Of a stretch of 61,649 nt of DNA, positions 29,177 to 40,458 are shown piece by piece. A program made the translations under genes and the position numbers. The notes below the pieces were generated by a model that had not been told where the DNA came from, did no database searches, and saw only the letters and a program-made list of their open reading frames with translations. Positions within the stretch are counted from its first letter, which is position 1, and every line of letters begins with the position of its first letter. The stretch spans positions 1-61,649 of the forward strand of contig CALXPB010000002.1 in the NCBI GenBank assembly GCA_944390225.1. The letters are read 5' to 3'. This DNA is from an uncultured Alphaproteobacteria bacterium. Lineage in GTDB: Bacteria; Pseudomonadota; Alphaproteobacteria; Rs-D84.

Positions 29177-29770
29177 TTATAGCAAACAAGCCAATGTTGC
29201 ACTTGTATTTTTTAACATAAACCAGCCGATGTGATAATCTGTGGCATAAACAGTAGCCAAAAACAACGCTAATATACCGATAACCACAATTACATTCATT
29301 TTTTTTCCGCGCATACAATACAATGAAATGTTATAGAATAAAAATAGTACATAAATGTCTACAAGCAGACTTATAATCCACATAGAAGTACAATTAAAAG
29401 CCAGAGCGTTTAAGACCAAAATGACAGGATAAATAAAGAATACCGAAGCCAACCCCTTGATAGCAATTTCCCAATCACGTTCCCCGCCCGTAATTTCCGA
29501 GACCAACATCAACAACCCGCCCATTAAGAACAGCAATGCAACCGCCAAAACAGGTACTATTATGATTGCGGTAAAAACTGCACTTATAGTAATAGTTGCC
29601 CCACCTATTAAACGCAACAGCAAAACAAGGATTCCACCCAAAAGCCCGTATATAAAAGCCCGTAACATAGATTCTTCCAGATTACCGTCTGCAACAATTC
29701 TTGTAAAATAGCGTTTTGGATTAATTAAAATATCTTTAACAGATTTTAACGCTTTTTTTATTTTCTTCAT
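29177..29770 (-). CDS. Yip1-family integral membrane protein
   Basis: ILINPKRYF N-terminal motif, about 5 TM helices, GG motif before TM3. Confidence 0.7.
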   Translation of the reverse strand: MKKIKKALKSVKDILINPKRYFTRIVADGNLEESMLRAFIYGLLGGILVLLLRLIGGATITISAVFTAIIIVPVLAVALLFLMGGLLMLVSEITGGERDWEIAIKGLASVFFIYPVILVLNALAFNCTSMWIISLLVDIYVLFLFYNISLYCMRGKKMNVIVVIGILALFLATVYATDYHIGWFMLKNTSATLACLL

Positions 29771-29824
29771 ATTTTCGCCTTTATTTGATTATTTATATTT
29801 TTGCTTTATAATAAAAAAAAATCA

Positions 29825-31168
29825 ATGGAAAAAATCATGCTAAAAATAACTATTGCAGGTCGTCCAAATACAGGAAAGTCAACACTGTTTAACGGTTTAA
29901 CCGGAACCAGAGATGCTTTGGTTCACGATAGACCAGGGGTAACGCGCGATACAATCAGCGGTGTTACACAAGGTCGCCCTTTCCAAGTTTTTGATACCGC
30001 CGGTCTAGAAAACGCAAAAACCGGTATTGCTTCTGACTCTACAAGCAGGGCAATTGATGCAATAACGAACGCCGACGCAATACTATTCGTAGTAGACGGA
30101 CGTACCGGACTTACAAACGAAGATATTGATTGGGCAAAAACTGTTCACCGTAAAACAAAGGCTCCTGTATTATTGGTAGTTAATAAAACAGAATCAGAAA
30201 AACGACTGGCTGATACACACGAATTTTATAAACTCGGGTTCGGAGAACCAACCCTAATTTCCGCAGAACATAAACGCGGATTTGATGAAATATACGCTTT
30301 TTTAGATAAGGTTGCAGGAACAAAACCAGAAAAAAGCGAAACAGAACAAACAGATAAAAAACTCAAAATCGCTGTACTCGGTCAACCGAATGTAGGTAAA
30401 TCAACTTTTGTTAATAAAGTTATCGGTGAAAAACGACAAATCGTTATTGACGAGCCGGGAATTACAAGAGACACCATTAAAATACCTACAACATTCTATG
30501 GACGAGATATAATTTTAATGGACACAGCAGGTTTACGTAGAAAAGCCGGCGTAAAAGACGATGTAGAAACCTTATCCGCATTAAAATCTTTGGATGCCAT
30601 AGATAAAGCAGATGTAATCATCCTTGTTGTAGACGCAACAAAAAACATAGAAAATCAAACACTTGGCATAGCCGCACGCGTTTATGATGCAGGAAAAATC
30701 TTATGCGTAGCATTAAACAAATGGGATTTGATTGACGTAAACGAACGTGATGAAAAACTCTTGCGACTAAAACATCAATTTACAAACTCTTTCCATCAAA
30801 TAATAAGACCTTTGATTTTTGCAATTTCTGCAGAGACTGGTATGGGTATAAAAAACTTATTCCGCAGAATATACGAACAGTGGGACATATCAAATACCGA
30901 TGCCCCTACTAGTCTAATTAATAGAATATTAGAAAAACTGATAGAAACACATCAACCCCCGATGTCCAGACTAAAACGCCCGATGAAAATAAAATTTGCG
31001 CGCCAAACAGGTCGCCATCCAATGAAAATAACAATAAACGTAGGCGGTGCGTCTGATATACCAGAATCTTATACCAGATATTTATGTCGCGGGTTTGCAG
31101 AAGCACTGAAATGGGAACACCTACCTATTGTAATAGAATACAAAAAGGATGATAATCCATTTGATTGA
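29825..31168 (+). CDS. der: Ribosome biogenesis GTPase Der/EngA
   Basis: Two GTPase domains (GRPNTGKS/PGVTRD/DTAG/NK and GQPNVGKS/PGITRD/DTAG/NKWD) plus KH-like tail. Start 29825 or 29837. Confidence 0.95.
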   Translation: MEKIMLKITIAGRPNTGKSTLFNGLTGTRDALVHDRPGVTRDTISGVTQGRPFQVFDTAGLENAKTGIASDSTSRAIDAITNADAILFVVDGRTGLTNEDIDWAKTVHRKTKAPVLLVVNKTESEKRLADTHEFYKLGFGEPTLISAEHKRGFDEIYAFLDKVAGTKPEKSETEQTDKKLKIAVLGQPNVGKSTFVNKVIGEKRQIVIDEPGITRDTIKIPTTFYGRDIILMDTAGLRRKAGVKDDVETLSALKSLDAIDKADVIILVVDATKNIENQTLGIAARVYDAGKILCVALNKWDLIDVNERDEKLLRLKHQFTNSFHQIIRPLIFAISAETGMGIKNLFRRIYEQWDISNTDAPTSLINRILEKLIETHQPPMSRLKRPMKIKFARQTGRHPMKITINVGGASDIPESYTRYLCRGFAEALKWEHLPIVIEYKKDDNPFD

Positions 31169-31201
31169 TAAATAAAAATTATCAATCTGTACCGACATAG
31201 T

Positions 31202-31233
31202 AAACGACCTGTCTTCAAACACAGGTCGTTTTT
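31202..31233. terminator. Terminator between der and infB
   Basis: AAACGACCTGT-loop-ACAGGTCGTTT. Confidence 0.7.
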
Positions 31234-31254
31234 ATAACCTGAAAAAATACCGAA

Positions 31255-33666
31255 TTATAAATGCGCACGAACTTCCTGAACTTCATAGCACTCTACGCGA
31301 TCACCCTCTTTCAAGTCGTTATATTTATCAAAAGACATTCCGAATTCTACACCCGAACCAGAAACTTCCTTAACCTCATTCTTTTCACGACGCATTTCAC
31401 CGATTTTTCCGTCGTATATAACAACATTATTGCGTAGCAAACGAACAAAGGCGTCTTTCTTTATAATACCCTCGGATACACGACACCCTGCAACTCGTAT
31501 ACCCTTACCCACTGTAAACAAGGCAATAACATCTGCGTAACCGATAAAGTTTTCTTTTCTTTCTGGTGCAAGTTTTCCAGATAAGATTTCTTTTATTTCA
31601 TCGGTTATACGGTATACAACGCTATGATAACGGATATCAACGCCACTTGCACGAGCCATATCACGAACCATACTATCCGCACGAACGTTAAATGCAATTA
31701 TAACTGCACCAGAAGCAGCAGCCAAACGGATATCTCCTTCTGTAATTTGACCGACACCAGACGACAGAACCTCTACACCGACCTTATCCGTATTAATTTC
31801 TTTTAACATATCGGTAATTGCTTCCACGCTACCCTGCACATCAGCACGTAGAACAATCGGTAAAACGAGTTTTTTGTTTTCATCACGTTTTGCAAACAAC
31901 TCTTCCAACGAAGAACGTTTTACGGCATTGGCCTTATCTTTTGCCTTTTGAGTACGATACGCGGCAACTTCACGCGCTTGGGATTCTGTTTCCATCACAT
32001 GCAGATCATCTCCTGCATTCGGTACAGAATCAAAGCCCAATACAACTACAGGCTGTCCCGGCTTAACATCTTTAACACGTTCACCAAAAGAATTTATCAA
32101 ACCGCGAACTCTTCCGAACGTTTCACCTGCGACAAAAACATCACCGATTGATAAAGTACCTTGACGCATTAAAACGGTTGCAACAGCCCCAAGCCCCTTT
32201 TCCATTTTTGCTTCTACAACATTTGCAACTGCTGGCATATCTGGATCTGCTTTCAAATCCATAATTTCTGCCTGTAATAATATAGCCTCTTCCAATTTAT
32301 CCAACCCTATACGTTTAGTTGCAGAAATTTCGACGCATTGAACGTCTCCGCCCATATCCTCGACCTGAACTTCTTGCTGTAATAAATCAGTTTTTACGCG
32401 TTGAGAGTTTGCATCTGGCAAGTCAATTTTATTTATTGCAACTATAAAAGGCACTTTTGCAGCACGTATATGGTTTATTGCTTCTATTGTTTGTGGCATG
32501 ATGGAGTCATTTGCCGCCACAACCAATACAACGATATCGGCCATTTGCGCACCACGCGCACGCATTGCAGTGAAAGTTTCATGCCCCGGAGTATCTAAAA
32601 ATGTAATGATTTTTCCAGATTGAGTTTTAACTTCGTACGCAGAAACATGCTGAGTAATTCCACCTGCTTCACGCGCAGCAACATTCGCGTTACGAAACGC
32701 ATCAAGCAAAGAAGTCTTACCGTGATCCACGTGTCCGACAACTGTTACAACAGGGGCGCGCGGTTTCAAATTTTCTGGATTCGGTTGACGTTCCATTTGA
32801 TCAGCATACGGTTTCACATCGACGCGCTTCACTTTTGCACCAAATTCACCGGCTATAAGTTCCGCGGTATCGGCATCAATAGACTGATTCTGAGAAGCCA
32901 TCATACCCATTTCCATCAATTTTTTAATAACATTTCCGACTTTTTCTGCCATAGCAGCCGCTAACTCTTTCACAGTTATTGTATCACCCAAATTTACTAC
33001 ATGTTCAACCTTCTGAGGTGCGGCAAATACTGCACGTGCTTTTTCACGAAAACGTTTTAAAGAGGCTTCTGAACGACGACGATTAGCACCTCTTAACCCT
33101 ATTTCATCTTCATCATCCCCGTCGCCACCGATAACAATGTCATGTAAAGAGATTTTTCCCGTTTTTTTAAATTCCTTTTTGAAATTATTAAATTTCAACG
33201 GTCTCATCTCTTCATCATCACGCGCAGATTTATTATTTCTGCCGCCTCCTTGGGACTGAGACTCTGTTTGATTAAAGCGCTTTTTATGAGGCGTCTCTGT
33301 TGCGGATGCAATATCTTCTTGAACTGATTGAGTTGAAGAAACTGTTTCTCGGGCGGCTAATTGTTCTTTAACCTGTTCGTATTCGCGATTTTCGCGTGCG
33401 ATTTCCGCTTCACGCGCAACACGTTGCGCCTCTTCTTCGGCCTCGCGCTTTTTGCGTTCTTCTTCGCGCGCCCGTGCAGCCTCCAAAACAGCCCGCAACT
33501 TTTCGTCGGCAGCATTTCGCGGTGCGGTCGGTATTTCTGGCTCTTCACGCAATTCCTTGCTGCCAGGCGCAACAACACGGCGACGACGTTCTACAAATAC
33601 TGCGTCCCCTTTTTTGCTTTGTACTGCGTCTATTGTTACAGATTTTCCAAGTGTTAATGTCGCCAT
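31255..33666 (-). CDS. infB: Translation initiation factor IF-2
   Basis: [45 protein letters not shown]. Confidence 0.98.
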   Translation of the reverse strand: MATLTLGKSVTIDAVQSKKGDAVFVERRRRVVAPGSKELREEPEIPTAPRNAADEKLRAVLEAARAREEERKKREAEEEAQRVAREAEIARENREYEQVKEQLAARETVSSTQSVQEDIASATETPHKKRFNQTESQSQGGGRNNKSARDDEEMRPLKFNNFKKEFKKTGKISLHDIVIGGDGDDEDEIGLRGANRRRSEASLKRFREKARAVFAAPQKVEHVVNLGDTITVKELAAAMAEKVGNVIKKLMEMGMMASQNQSIDADTAELIAGEFGAKVKRVDVKPYADQMERQPNPENLKPRAPVVTVVGHVDHGKTSLLDAFRNANVAAREAGGITQHVSAYEVKTQSGKIITFLDTPGHETFTAMRARGAQMADIVVLVVAANDSIMPQTIEAINHIRAAKVPFIVAINKIDLPDANSQRVKTDLLQQEVQVEDMGGDVQCVEISATKRIGLDKLEEAILLQAEIMDLKADPDMPAVANVVEAKMEKGLGAVATVLMRQGTLSIGDVFVAGETFGRVRGLINSFGERVKDVKPGQPVVVLGFDSVPNAGDDLHVMETESQAREVAAYRTQKAKDKANAVKRSSLEELFAKRDENKKLVLPIVLRADVQGSVEAITDMLKEINTDKVGVEVLSSGVGQITEGDIRLAAASGAVIIAFNVRADSMVRDMARASGVDIRYHSVVYRITDEIKEILSGKLAPERKENFIGYADVIALFTVGKGIRVAGCRVSEGIIKKDAFVRLLRNNVVIYDGKIGEMRREKNEVKEVSGSGVEFGMSFDKYNDLKEGDRVECYEVQEVRAHL

Positions 33667-33710
33667 ATTTTTTACCTTTACCTGCCCTGTTTTAATCAAA
33701 ACTTTCTATC

Positions 33711-35249
33711 TTATTCTTCTCCCTGCGTTATACCATAAGCCAATTCACGCGCTTTCATTATAACGCGACCGGCCAAACGCGAGCTCATTGTATCTTCACC
33801 TAAAATTTCTATCAGTTCGTCCGTAGACAAATCTGCTAAATCTTCCAAAGATTTTATACCAGATTCACCTAATTGCATTATTACAGGACGTTTTATGAAA
33901 TCAAAGTTTAATAAGTCATCAGACATACCTAATTTATGCCCTTCGTCCTTATAATCTTGTTCTTGTTTCGTCAAATAGGCCTTTGCACGATTTTGTAATT
34001 CTGTCGCCAATTCCGCGTTAAAGCCTTCTATGCTTTCTAATTCTGCTCTGTCAACAAAAGCGATTTCCTCAATGGTTCTGAACCCTTCTGTTATCAGTAA
34101 ATGAGCCAACATTTCATCAACGTCTAAACCTTTTATGAACAATTCTGTTTTTTCTTTGACTTCCTTTGTACGACGTTCTTGTTCTTCGGCTTCACTCATA
34201 ACATCAATGTTCCAACCGGTTAACTGAGACGCTAAACGAACGTTCTGCCCGCGACGTCCAATTGCCAAAGACTGCTGATCTTCATTTACAACTACCGCAG
34301 CACTACGAGTATCTTCATCTACTATTATCTTTGCGACTTTTGCGGGCTGCATCGCATTTACTATAAACACCGCAGGATCTTCTGAATATAAAATAACGTC
34401 TATTTTTTCACCGTGGCATTCGTTAATAACAGGCTGAATTCTAGTACCCTTGATACCAACCGTCATACCGACTGCGTCAATAGACGGATCTTGCGTTTCA
34501 ACCGCTATTTTTGCATGACTACCTGGTGCACGCGCAACAGATTTAATCTTAATCACACCCTCGTAGATTTCGGGAACTTCTTGCACAAATAATTTTTCCA
34601 TAAACATAGGATGCGTACGAGTTAAAAAAATCTGCGGTCCAGAATTAGAACGTGCAACATCCATGATTAAAGCACGAACACGATCACCAACCGCTAATTT
34701 CTCGCCAGGGATAAGTTCTGTCCCTTTTATATAACCTTCTGCCTTACCATTAATATCCACAAAAACGTTTCCAAACTCGATACGTTTTACGACTCCACTT
34801 ACAATATCGCCTATATTGTCTTTAAATTCTTCATATTGACGCCCTTTTTCTGCATCACGAACGCGAGCCGTCATAATCTGACGCGCAGTCTGAAACGCCA
34901 TACGTCCGAATTCTGGTTCTGGTAACGGATCTTCTACAAACTCACCGACAACAGGACTTTTCGAATATTTCTTCGCCTGTTCAACAGTCAGCATTGTGTT
35001 TGCATCATATTCTTCACCTTTGGATTCTGGCGACTCGATAACTTCAAACAAACGTTTTACATGTATCGCACCGTTTTTACGGTCAATTTCAGCAATAATG
35101 TTAAATTCCTCGCCATACTTGTGCTTTGCAATTTTTGCTATTGCAGCCTCTAACGACTCTATAACAATATCGCGTTCAATCTGCTTTTCCTGTGCCAATG
35201 AATCAATCGCCAACAACAAATCTTGACGAGGCATAGAAACAAAAGACAT
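33711..35249 (-). CDS. nusA: Transcription factor NusA (long form)
   Basis: FGRMAFQTARQ, S1 and KH domains, AIGRRGQNVRLASQLTGW, C-terminal HhH repeats; AAGGAG SD before ATG 35252/35249. Confidence 0.97.
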   Translation of the reverse strand: MSFVSMPRQDLLLAIDSLAQEKQIERDIVIESLEAAIAKIAKHKYGEEFNIIAEIDRKNGAIHVKRLFEVIESPESKGEEYDANTMLTVEQAKKYSKSPVVGEFVEDPLPEPEFGRMAFQTARQIMTARVRDAEKGRQYEEFKDNIGDIVSGVVKRIEFGNVFVDINGKAEGYIKGTELIPGEKLAVGDRVRALIMDVARSNSGPQIFLTRTHPMFMEKLFVQEVPEIYEGVIKIKSVARAPGSHAKIAVETQDPSIDAVGMTVGIKGTRIQPVINECHGEKIDVILYSEDPAVFIVNAMQPAKVAKIIVDEDTRSAAVVVNEDQQSLAIGRRGQNVRLASQLTGWNIDVMSEAEEQERRTKEVKEKTELFIKGLDVDEMLAHLLITEGFRTIEEIAFVDRAELESIEGFNAELATELQNRAKAYLTKQEQDYKDEGHKLGMSDDLLNFDFIKRPVIMQLGESGIKSLEDLADLSTDELIEILGEDTMSSRLAGRVIMKARELAYGITQGEE

Positions 35250-35278
35250 CATTTTCTCCTTGTTTATATCTTTTACCG

Positions 35279-35307
35279 AAAAGGCGGGGTTTTTCAACCC
35301 CGCCCTT
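35279..35307 (-). promoter_or_regulatory. GC-rich leader hairpin (rimP-leader-like attenuator) upstream of nusA
   Basis: GGGCGGGGUU-GAAA-AACCCCGCCUUUU between a putative promoter (TTGCAT at 35360-35355) and the nusA SD. Confidence 0.6.
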
Positions 35308-35413
35308 AAAAAACTTTTAAGAACACTTTTATTAATAACACCGAATCGGATAAAATGCAAGAATTTTCTGCATATTATCAAAGTTTTTTATACTGATTTT
35401 TTATTAAATATAT

Positions 35414-35442
35414 TTGACGGTATCGATTTTGGGCTTTATACT
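35414..35442 (+). promoter_or_regulatory. sigma70 promoter of lptF operon
   Basis: TTGACG-17 bp-TATACT, 7 nt before ATG 35450. Confidence 0.7.
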
Positions 35443-35449
35443 GCGAAAT

Positions 35450-36508
35450 ATGAAGATATTAAATAAATATTTTACGCGTCAGTTAACCGCAATTTTCATA
35501 ATGCTATTGCTAGTTTTAACTGGTTTGGCATGGATGGTACAAATAATGTCCATGATGAAATTTTTATTAAATTATGGAATAGAATTGACGAATTTTTTAG
35601 GTCTGACCATACTTATGGTACCATTTATAATATCTATAATCGTACCGTTTGTAACATTCATTGCGGTAATATTCGTTTATAATAAATTAATAACAGATAA
35701 TGAAATAACTGTCATGGCAGCATCTGGGTTGTCTCCCGGTCAAATCGCAAAACCAGCACTGATTGTTGCAACAGTATTAACAGCACTTCATTTATGTCTG
35801 AATCTTTGGATAGTACCTATAACACAAGCAAGTTTCTATAATACACAATGGAATTTGAGGTACGGACTTGCCCATATGAAACTACAAGAAGCCGCATTTA
35901 CTCAGTTAACGAAGGGTTTGGTAGTATACGTAGATAAAGTTTCTGGACACGATTTATCTCAGGTCATGCTGTCTGATATGCGCGACAAGAAATCACCTAT
36001 TACAATTTTCGCAGAAAAAGGAAAATTAGTTTCAACGACTCGGGGGCTTTCTATCGTGATGACGAATGGTTCATTGCAAGCGAATGGCGATACTATGACA
36101 ACGGGAACATTTGACAGTTTTGACATGGATTTAAACGTAGCAGAAAAAGAAGGCGAATCCGCATTTAAAGTACGTAGAATATCTACAAAGTCATTAATAA
36201 AAGAAATATTAGACTCACCTTCTGAAAAACAACACAAAATGGTATTAGCAGAATTATGCAGTCGTTTTCTGGGACCATTGATGAATATTATATTAGTTGC
36301 ATTATGCACAGTAATATTATTACGAACATCTTTATTGCGTAGACGAGCCAGCATGGCACCTGCACTTGCGGTAGGGGCGATGGCAGTAACGATGTCGTTA
36401 TTTATGTCAGTATCTAATATGATCGGCAGTTTAACAGAATTTGGTTTATTAACTTTGACTTTGTTTATTGCATTGGCAGGAACTTTATTTATACTATTTA
36501 AAAAATGA
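35450..36508 (+). CDS. lptF: LPS export permease LptF/LptG family
   Basis: MKILNKY start, DNEITVMAASGLS motif, periplasmic beta-jellyroll, 6 TMs. Confidence 0.85.
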   Translation: MKILNKYFTRQLTAIFIMLLLVLTGLAWMVQIMSMMKFLLNYGIELTNFLGLTILMVPFIISIIVPFVTFIAVIFVYNKLITDNEITVMAASGLSPGQIAKPALIVATVLTALHLCLNLWIVPITQASFYNTQWNLRYGLAHMKLQEAAFTQLTKGLVVYVDKVSGHDLSQVMLSDMRDKKSPITIFAEKGKLVSTTRGLSIVMTNGSLQANGDTMTTGTFDSFDMDLNVAEKEGESAFKVRRISTKSLIKEILDSPSEKQHKMVLAELCSRFLGPLMNIILVALCTVILLRTSLLRRRASMAPALAVGAMAVTMSLFMSVSNMIGSLTEFGLLTLTLFIALAGTLFILFKK

Positions 36509-38523
36509 AGAAAATAAGTCTATTTTTTATATTTATATTATTCTTGCTTGCATGCCCCGCATACGCGTTATCTATTGACGTAGATACGCCGAAAACTATA
36601 ACCGCTGACAAAATAGAATACGATTTGAAAACAGAAACTATAAAAACATCTGGCGATACAGAAATTGTAAATTCAACAGGTCAGCGTATGACTTTAACAG
36701 ACTCGTACCTTTCAAAAGATGGTTCCAGTCTTACCGGCGATGATATAAAACTCTGGTTAGGTAGTCATGTGTATATAGAATCAGATAACATTATTCGCGA
36801 GGAGGACGAAACAATTGCTTTGAATGCAACATTCACGGCTTGCGATGACTGCGACGCATACGGAGACGCATGGAAAATATCTACGCAAAAAATAGTTCAT
36901 GACATGAATGACAAAATGCTACGTTTTTATAACCCTGTATTATGGGCGTACGACATACCTATTTTTTGGTTGCCTTTATTTGAAATGCCAGATCCAAGCG
37001 TAAAGCATAAAACCGGCTTTTTAACTCCTGATTTTGAATCTACCAATAATATGGGAACGCAGATAAATATACCTTTGTATATCGCTATCTCTGATACACA
37101 TGATATGACACTTACCACTTCGTATATCACGAAAGAGAACCCTTTATTTCAATTAGAACATAGATTAAATATGTCTCATTCAGAATACAGAACGCATGGT
37201 GCATTTACGCATAACAAAGCCGGAGAAAATCGGTGGTATATTTTTAATAACGACGTAATCGAACTCGGTGAATATGCTCGTGCGACTGTTTTTTTAGAAA
37301 GGGCATCAGATAAAACATTTTTACAAAAATATGGTTTTTATGGTGATCAACCGTATTTGGACTCTGGTGCAACTTTGGAGATTTTCGGACAATCAAGTTA
37401 TGTTGTTGCAGATGCTCATATTTTTCAAGAATTAAGAAGTACCTATGGAAATTATTCTGCTCCATCCGGTAATATTTTACCTAATATCCGCGGGGTATAT
37501 CAGACCGCACCGATATATAAAGAAACCTATGCTACGTTAAGCACTGATATTCTGGGTATATCTGGGGAAACAACCTCGTCTCAACGTATAATAGGCGATG
37601 CCCGTATAACATCTCCATGGACAATATGGGGTGGCAATAGGATTACTGCCAGCATTTCTGCTCGTTATGATTTATATAATTTTGATAATACAGAGATGAT
37701 TGATCATCAGGCTTTTTCTGGACTAAAAAACCGTTTTCTACCTAGCGGTTATTTGGAATGGGGATTGCCTTTATTCAAGCCTTCTGATACATGGACACAG
37801 GTCATAGAACCAAAGGCACGAATAACTGTTATGCGACATACAGACGAAGACCAATTTATGTTAAACAACGATTCTGCGGGGGCTTTTTTATCTGACACAA
37901 CATTATTTTCTGATAACCGTTTTGCAGGTTTAGACTTATGGGAAAACGGCACTTACGCTGATTATGGTGTTAGATGGGTGGCATTTAATAAAAACGGAAA
38001 AAATTTTGAGTTATTTCTTGGTCAATCTTATGACTTCAAAGAAAGAGAAACAACCGATCCTAACAGTGGCTTTCATAACGGTGCATCAGACTATGTAGGA
38101 AGAATAGAATATAATAACATGAAATGGATTGATCTTAACAGCAGATTCAGATTATCACAGACAGATTTGTCATTACGTCACGTGGAAACGACTGGTGTAA
38201 TTGGGAACTCGCGCAATTATATAAACGTCGGTCACATATGGTCTCAGCAGTTTATAGATGCGTATACAGAAGCAGAAAGTATTAACGAAATGACGGCAGG
38301 TTTTGGCATACAAATAATGGATAGATGGGCTTTAAGATTTAATTCAATATATAACATGACTTATGGACAGTTTCAAAGACATAGTGGCGGTTTATTTTAT
38401 ACCCACCCGTGTTATTACTTGTCTATTGAGTATCGTCATGATAATGCTATAAAAGAAGATTATGTCGGGACAACAACATTCCAATTTAGATTCGGAATGA
38501 GCATTGACGGTCAAAGATATTAA
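36505..38523 (+). CDS. lptD: LPS assembly outer-membrane protein LptD
   Basis: ITADKIEYD, FTAC..C...W, PDPSVKHKTGFLTP, ASDKTFLQKY, LFSDNRFAGLDLWE. Confidence 0.92.
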   Translation: MKKISLFFIFILFLLACPAYALSIDVDTPKTITADKIEYDLKTETIKTSGDTEIVNSTGQRMTLTDSYLSKDGSSLTGDDIKLWLGSHVYIESDNIIREEDETIALNATFTACDDCDAYGDAWKISTQKIVHDMNDKMLRFYNPVLWAYDIPIFWLPLFEMPDPSVKHKTGFLTPDFESTNNMGTQINIPLYIAISDTHDMTLTTSYITKENPLFQLEHRLNMSHSEYRTHGAFTHNKAGENRWYIFNNDVIELGEYARATVFLERASDKTFLQKYGFYGDQPYLDSGATLEIFGQSSYVVADAHIFQELRSTYGNYSAPSGNILPNIRGVYQTAPIYKETYATLSTDILGISGETTSSQRIIGDARITSPWTIWGGNRITASISARYDLYNFDNTEMIDHQAFSGLKNRFLPSGYLEWGLPLFKPSDTWTQVIEPKARITVMRHTDEDQFMLNNDSAGAFLSDTTLFSDNRFAGLDLWENGTYADYGVRWVAFNKNGKNFELFLGQSYDFKERETTDPNSGFHNGASDYVGRIEYNNMKWIDLNSRFRLSQTDLSLRHVETTGVIGNSRNYINVGHIWSQQFIDAYTEAESINEMTAGFGIQIMDRWALRFNSIYNMTYGQFQRHSGGLFYTHPCYYLSIEYRHDNAIKEDYVGTTTFQFRFGMSIDGQRY

Positions 38524-38537
38524 AAAAGGAAAGAGAA

Positions 38538-39359
38538 ATGAAAAAAATTGCTTTTGCTATAATTTCTTGCGTTCTTAGCGTATCTGCACTAGGCGCCAGT
38601 ATTGTTGCAAGTGTAAACGGGGTACCAATTACAGATACAGATATAACAGCACGTACGACATTAATGAATAAACAAGGACAGACATCCACAGATAATAGAA
38701 GACAGGCATTACAAAATATTATCGATGATAATGTAAAAATATCTTATGCTTCAAATTTTAACGCTGTTCCAGATGATGACGATGTAAAAAAAGAACTAAA
38801 AAAAATGAATCTTGGTGAATTATCTGCATCCGAACGGGCAATGGCACTATCTGCATTAAAAGCCGAGATAGCATGGCAAATAATTGTTGCCAGAACGATT
38901 CTCCCTACCATAGAAGTATCAAACGAAGAAATAATCGCAGAAAAAAATGAATTAGCACGTCAACATGGGCTTCCGATTGAAATGACGTTAATAAGACTAA
39001 TTGATATTCCAGCAGATGTTGCCACAAAACTTACTAAACCCAAAAGTTGCGATGATGCCATGGAAATGGCAGAAGAACTTGGTGGAGCACCGCAGAAATT
39101 TACAGCACTGCAATATGAATTATCGGAAGATATTCGCGAACGCGTTGCGACATTGCCCAAATTAACTTGGTCGCCCGTAGTTGATAAATCCGTTTTATTG
39201 GTATGCAATTCCAAGAAAACGGACGAGTATGGTAAATTAGACGATATAATCAAACAAAACGCTATGTACAAACAAGCAATGTTCATCGCTGATCAGCAAC
39301 TAAAACAATTACGACGCAAAGCCGTTATTGTAATAAACGACGATAGATACAAATTATGA
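38538..39359 (+). CDS. surA: SurA-like periplasmic chaperone (reduced PPIase domain)
   Basis: IVASVNGVPITDTDI N-domain, LKQLRRKAVI end, position after lptD. Confidence 0.75.
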   Translation: MKKIAFAIISCVLSVSALGASIVASVNGVPITDTDITARTTLMNKQGQTSTDNRRQALQNIIDDNVKISYASNFNAVPDDDDVKKELKKMNLGELSASERAMALSALKAEIAWQIIVARTILPTIEVSNEEIIAEKNELARQHGLPIEMTLIRLIDIPADVATKLTKPKSCDDAMEMAEELGGAPQKFTALQYELSEDIRERVATLPKLTWSPVVDKSVLLVCNSKKTDEYGKLDDIIKQNAMYKQAMFIADQQLKQLRRKAVIVINDDRYKL

Positions 39360-40456
39360 AACCCGTTCTTTTTAACTTTACCGATAGCGAACTGGTTGAA
39401 TTCTTGGAAAAGCAAGGGCAACCAAAATTTCGTGCAAAGCAAATTCGCGAATGGTTATTGCGCGGTGCGCCCGATTTCAATTCTATGAAAAACTTGCCTG
39501 AAAAATTACGTAAAGATTTAGATACGAATGCTCAAACTCTGCCGGTAAAGATAGTAAAAAAACTTGAATCTTCTGACGGTCAGACAACAAAATTCTTGCT
39601 TGAATTACACGATAAAGAACAAATAGAATGCGTACTGATGCGAACAAGTTACGGCAATAGCATATGTGTAAGTTCTCAGGCGGGGTGCGCAATGGGCTGT
39701 AAATTCTGTGCCAGTACTCTACTGGGACTAAAACGCAATCTGACAGTAAATGAAATATTCTCGCAAATTCTGGTTGCACAATGGGAATTACGAAACGATA
39801 AAAATTCAGAACGGTCAATTCATCCAAACGGTGACGCTAATAATGGCGATGTATCTCATATTGTTGTTATGGGAACTGGGGAACCTTTACAAAACACGGA
39901 AAATGTTATTGGTTTTATAGAGCGCGCTAATAAAGATATGGGTATAGGCTGGCGCAAGATAACGGTCTCTACTTGTGGAATTGTACCAGGAATTAAAGAT
40001 TTAACTGCTTGGGGCAGACCTATAAACCTTGCGATATCCCTGCATGCACCAACAGATGAATTACGCAGTCAAATTATGCCGATTAATAATAAATACAAAC
40101 TATCCGAAGTATTGGATGCCGCTTTTGAATTTTCAAACTTGCATAATCGCCAACTGATGATAGAATATATATTGCTTGGTAAAAAGAACGATAAAGGCAA
40201 AACAGAACTCTTTAACTGTACGCCGGAATATGCAGAAAAGTTGTCTGAATTATTAAAAGACAAAAATTGTATGGTAAACTTAATTCCTTGGAACGCCGTT
40301 GATGAACGTGATTTTGCCTCGCCTTCTGGTAATGCGGTTCATAGATTCCAAGACATTTTAATAAAAAATGGAATACACACTAGAATAAGACGTGAACGCG
40401 GGCAGGATATAGGGAGTGCTTGTGGGCAATTGCGTCTGAACAATAAAAAGGAATAG
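39356..40456 (+). CDS. rlmN: Dual-specificity RNA methyltransferase RlmN
   Basis: CVSSQAGCAMGCKFC radical-SAM motif, MGTGEP, ISLHAP, ACGQL. Confidence 0.93.
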   Translation: MKPVLFNFTDSELVEFLEKQGQPKFRAKQIREWLLRGAPDFNSMKNLPEKLRKDLDTNAQTLPVKIVKKLESSDGQTTKFLLELHDKEQIECVLMRTSYGNSICVSSQAGCAMGCKFCASTLLGLKRNLTVNEIFSQILVAQWELRNDKNSERSIHPNGDANNGDVSHIVVMGTGEPLQNTENVIGFIERANKDMGIGWRKITVSTCGIVPGIKDLTAWGRPINLAISLHAPTDELRSQIMPINNKYKLSEVLDAAFEFSNLHNRQLMIEYILLGKKNDKGKTELFNCTPEYAEKLSELLKDKNCMVNLIPWNAVDERDFASPSGNAVHRFQDILIKNGIHTRIRRERGQDIGSACGQLRLNNKKE

Positions 40457-40458
40457 AT

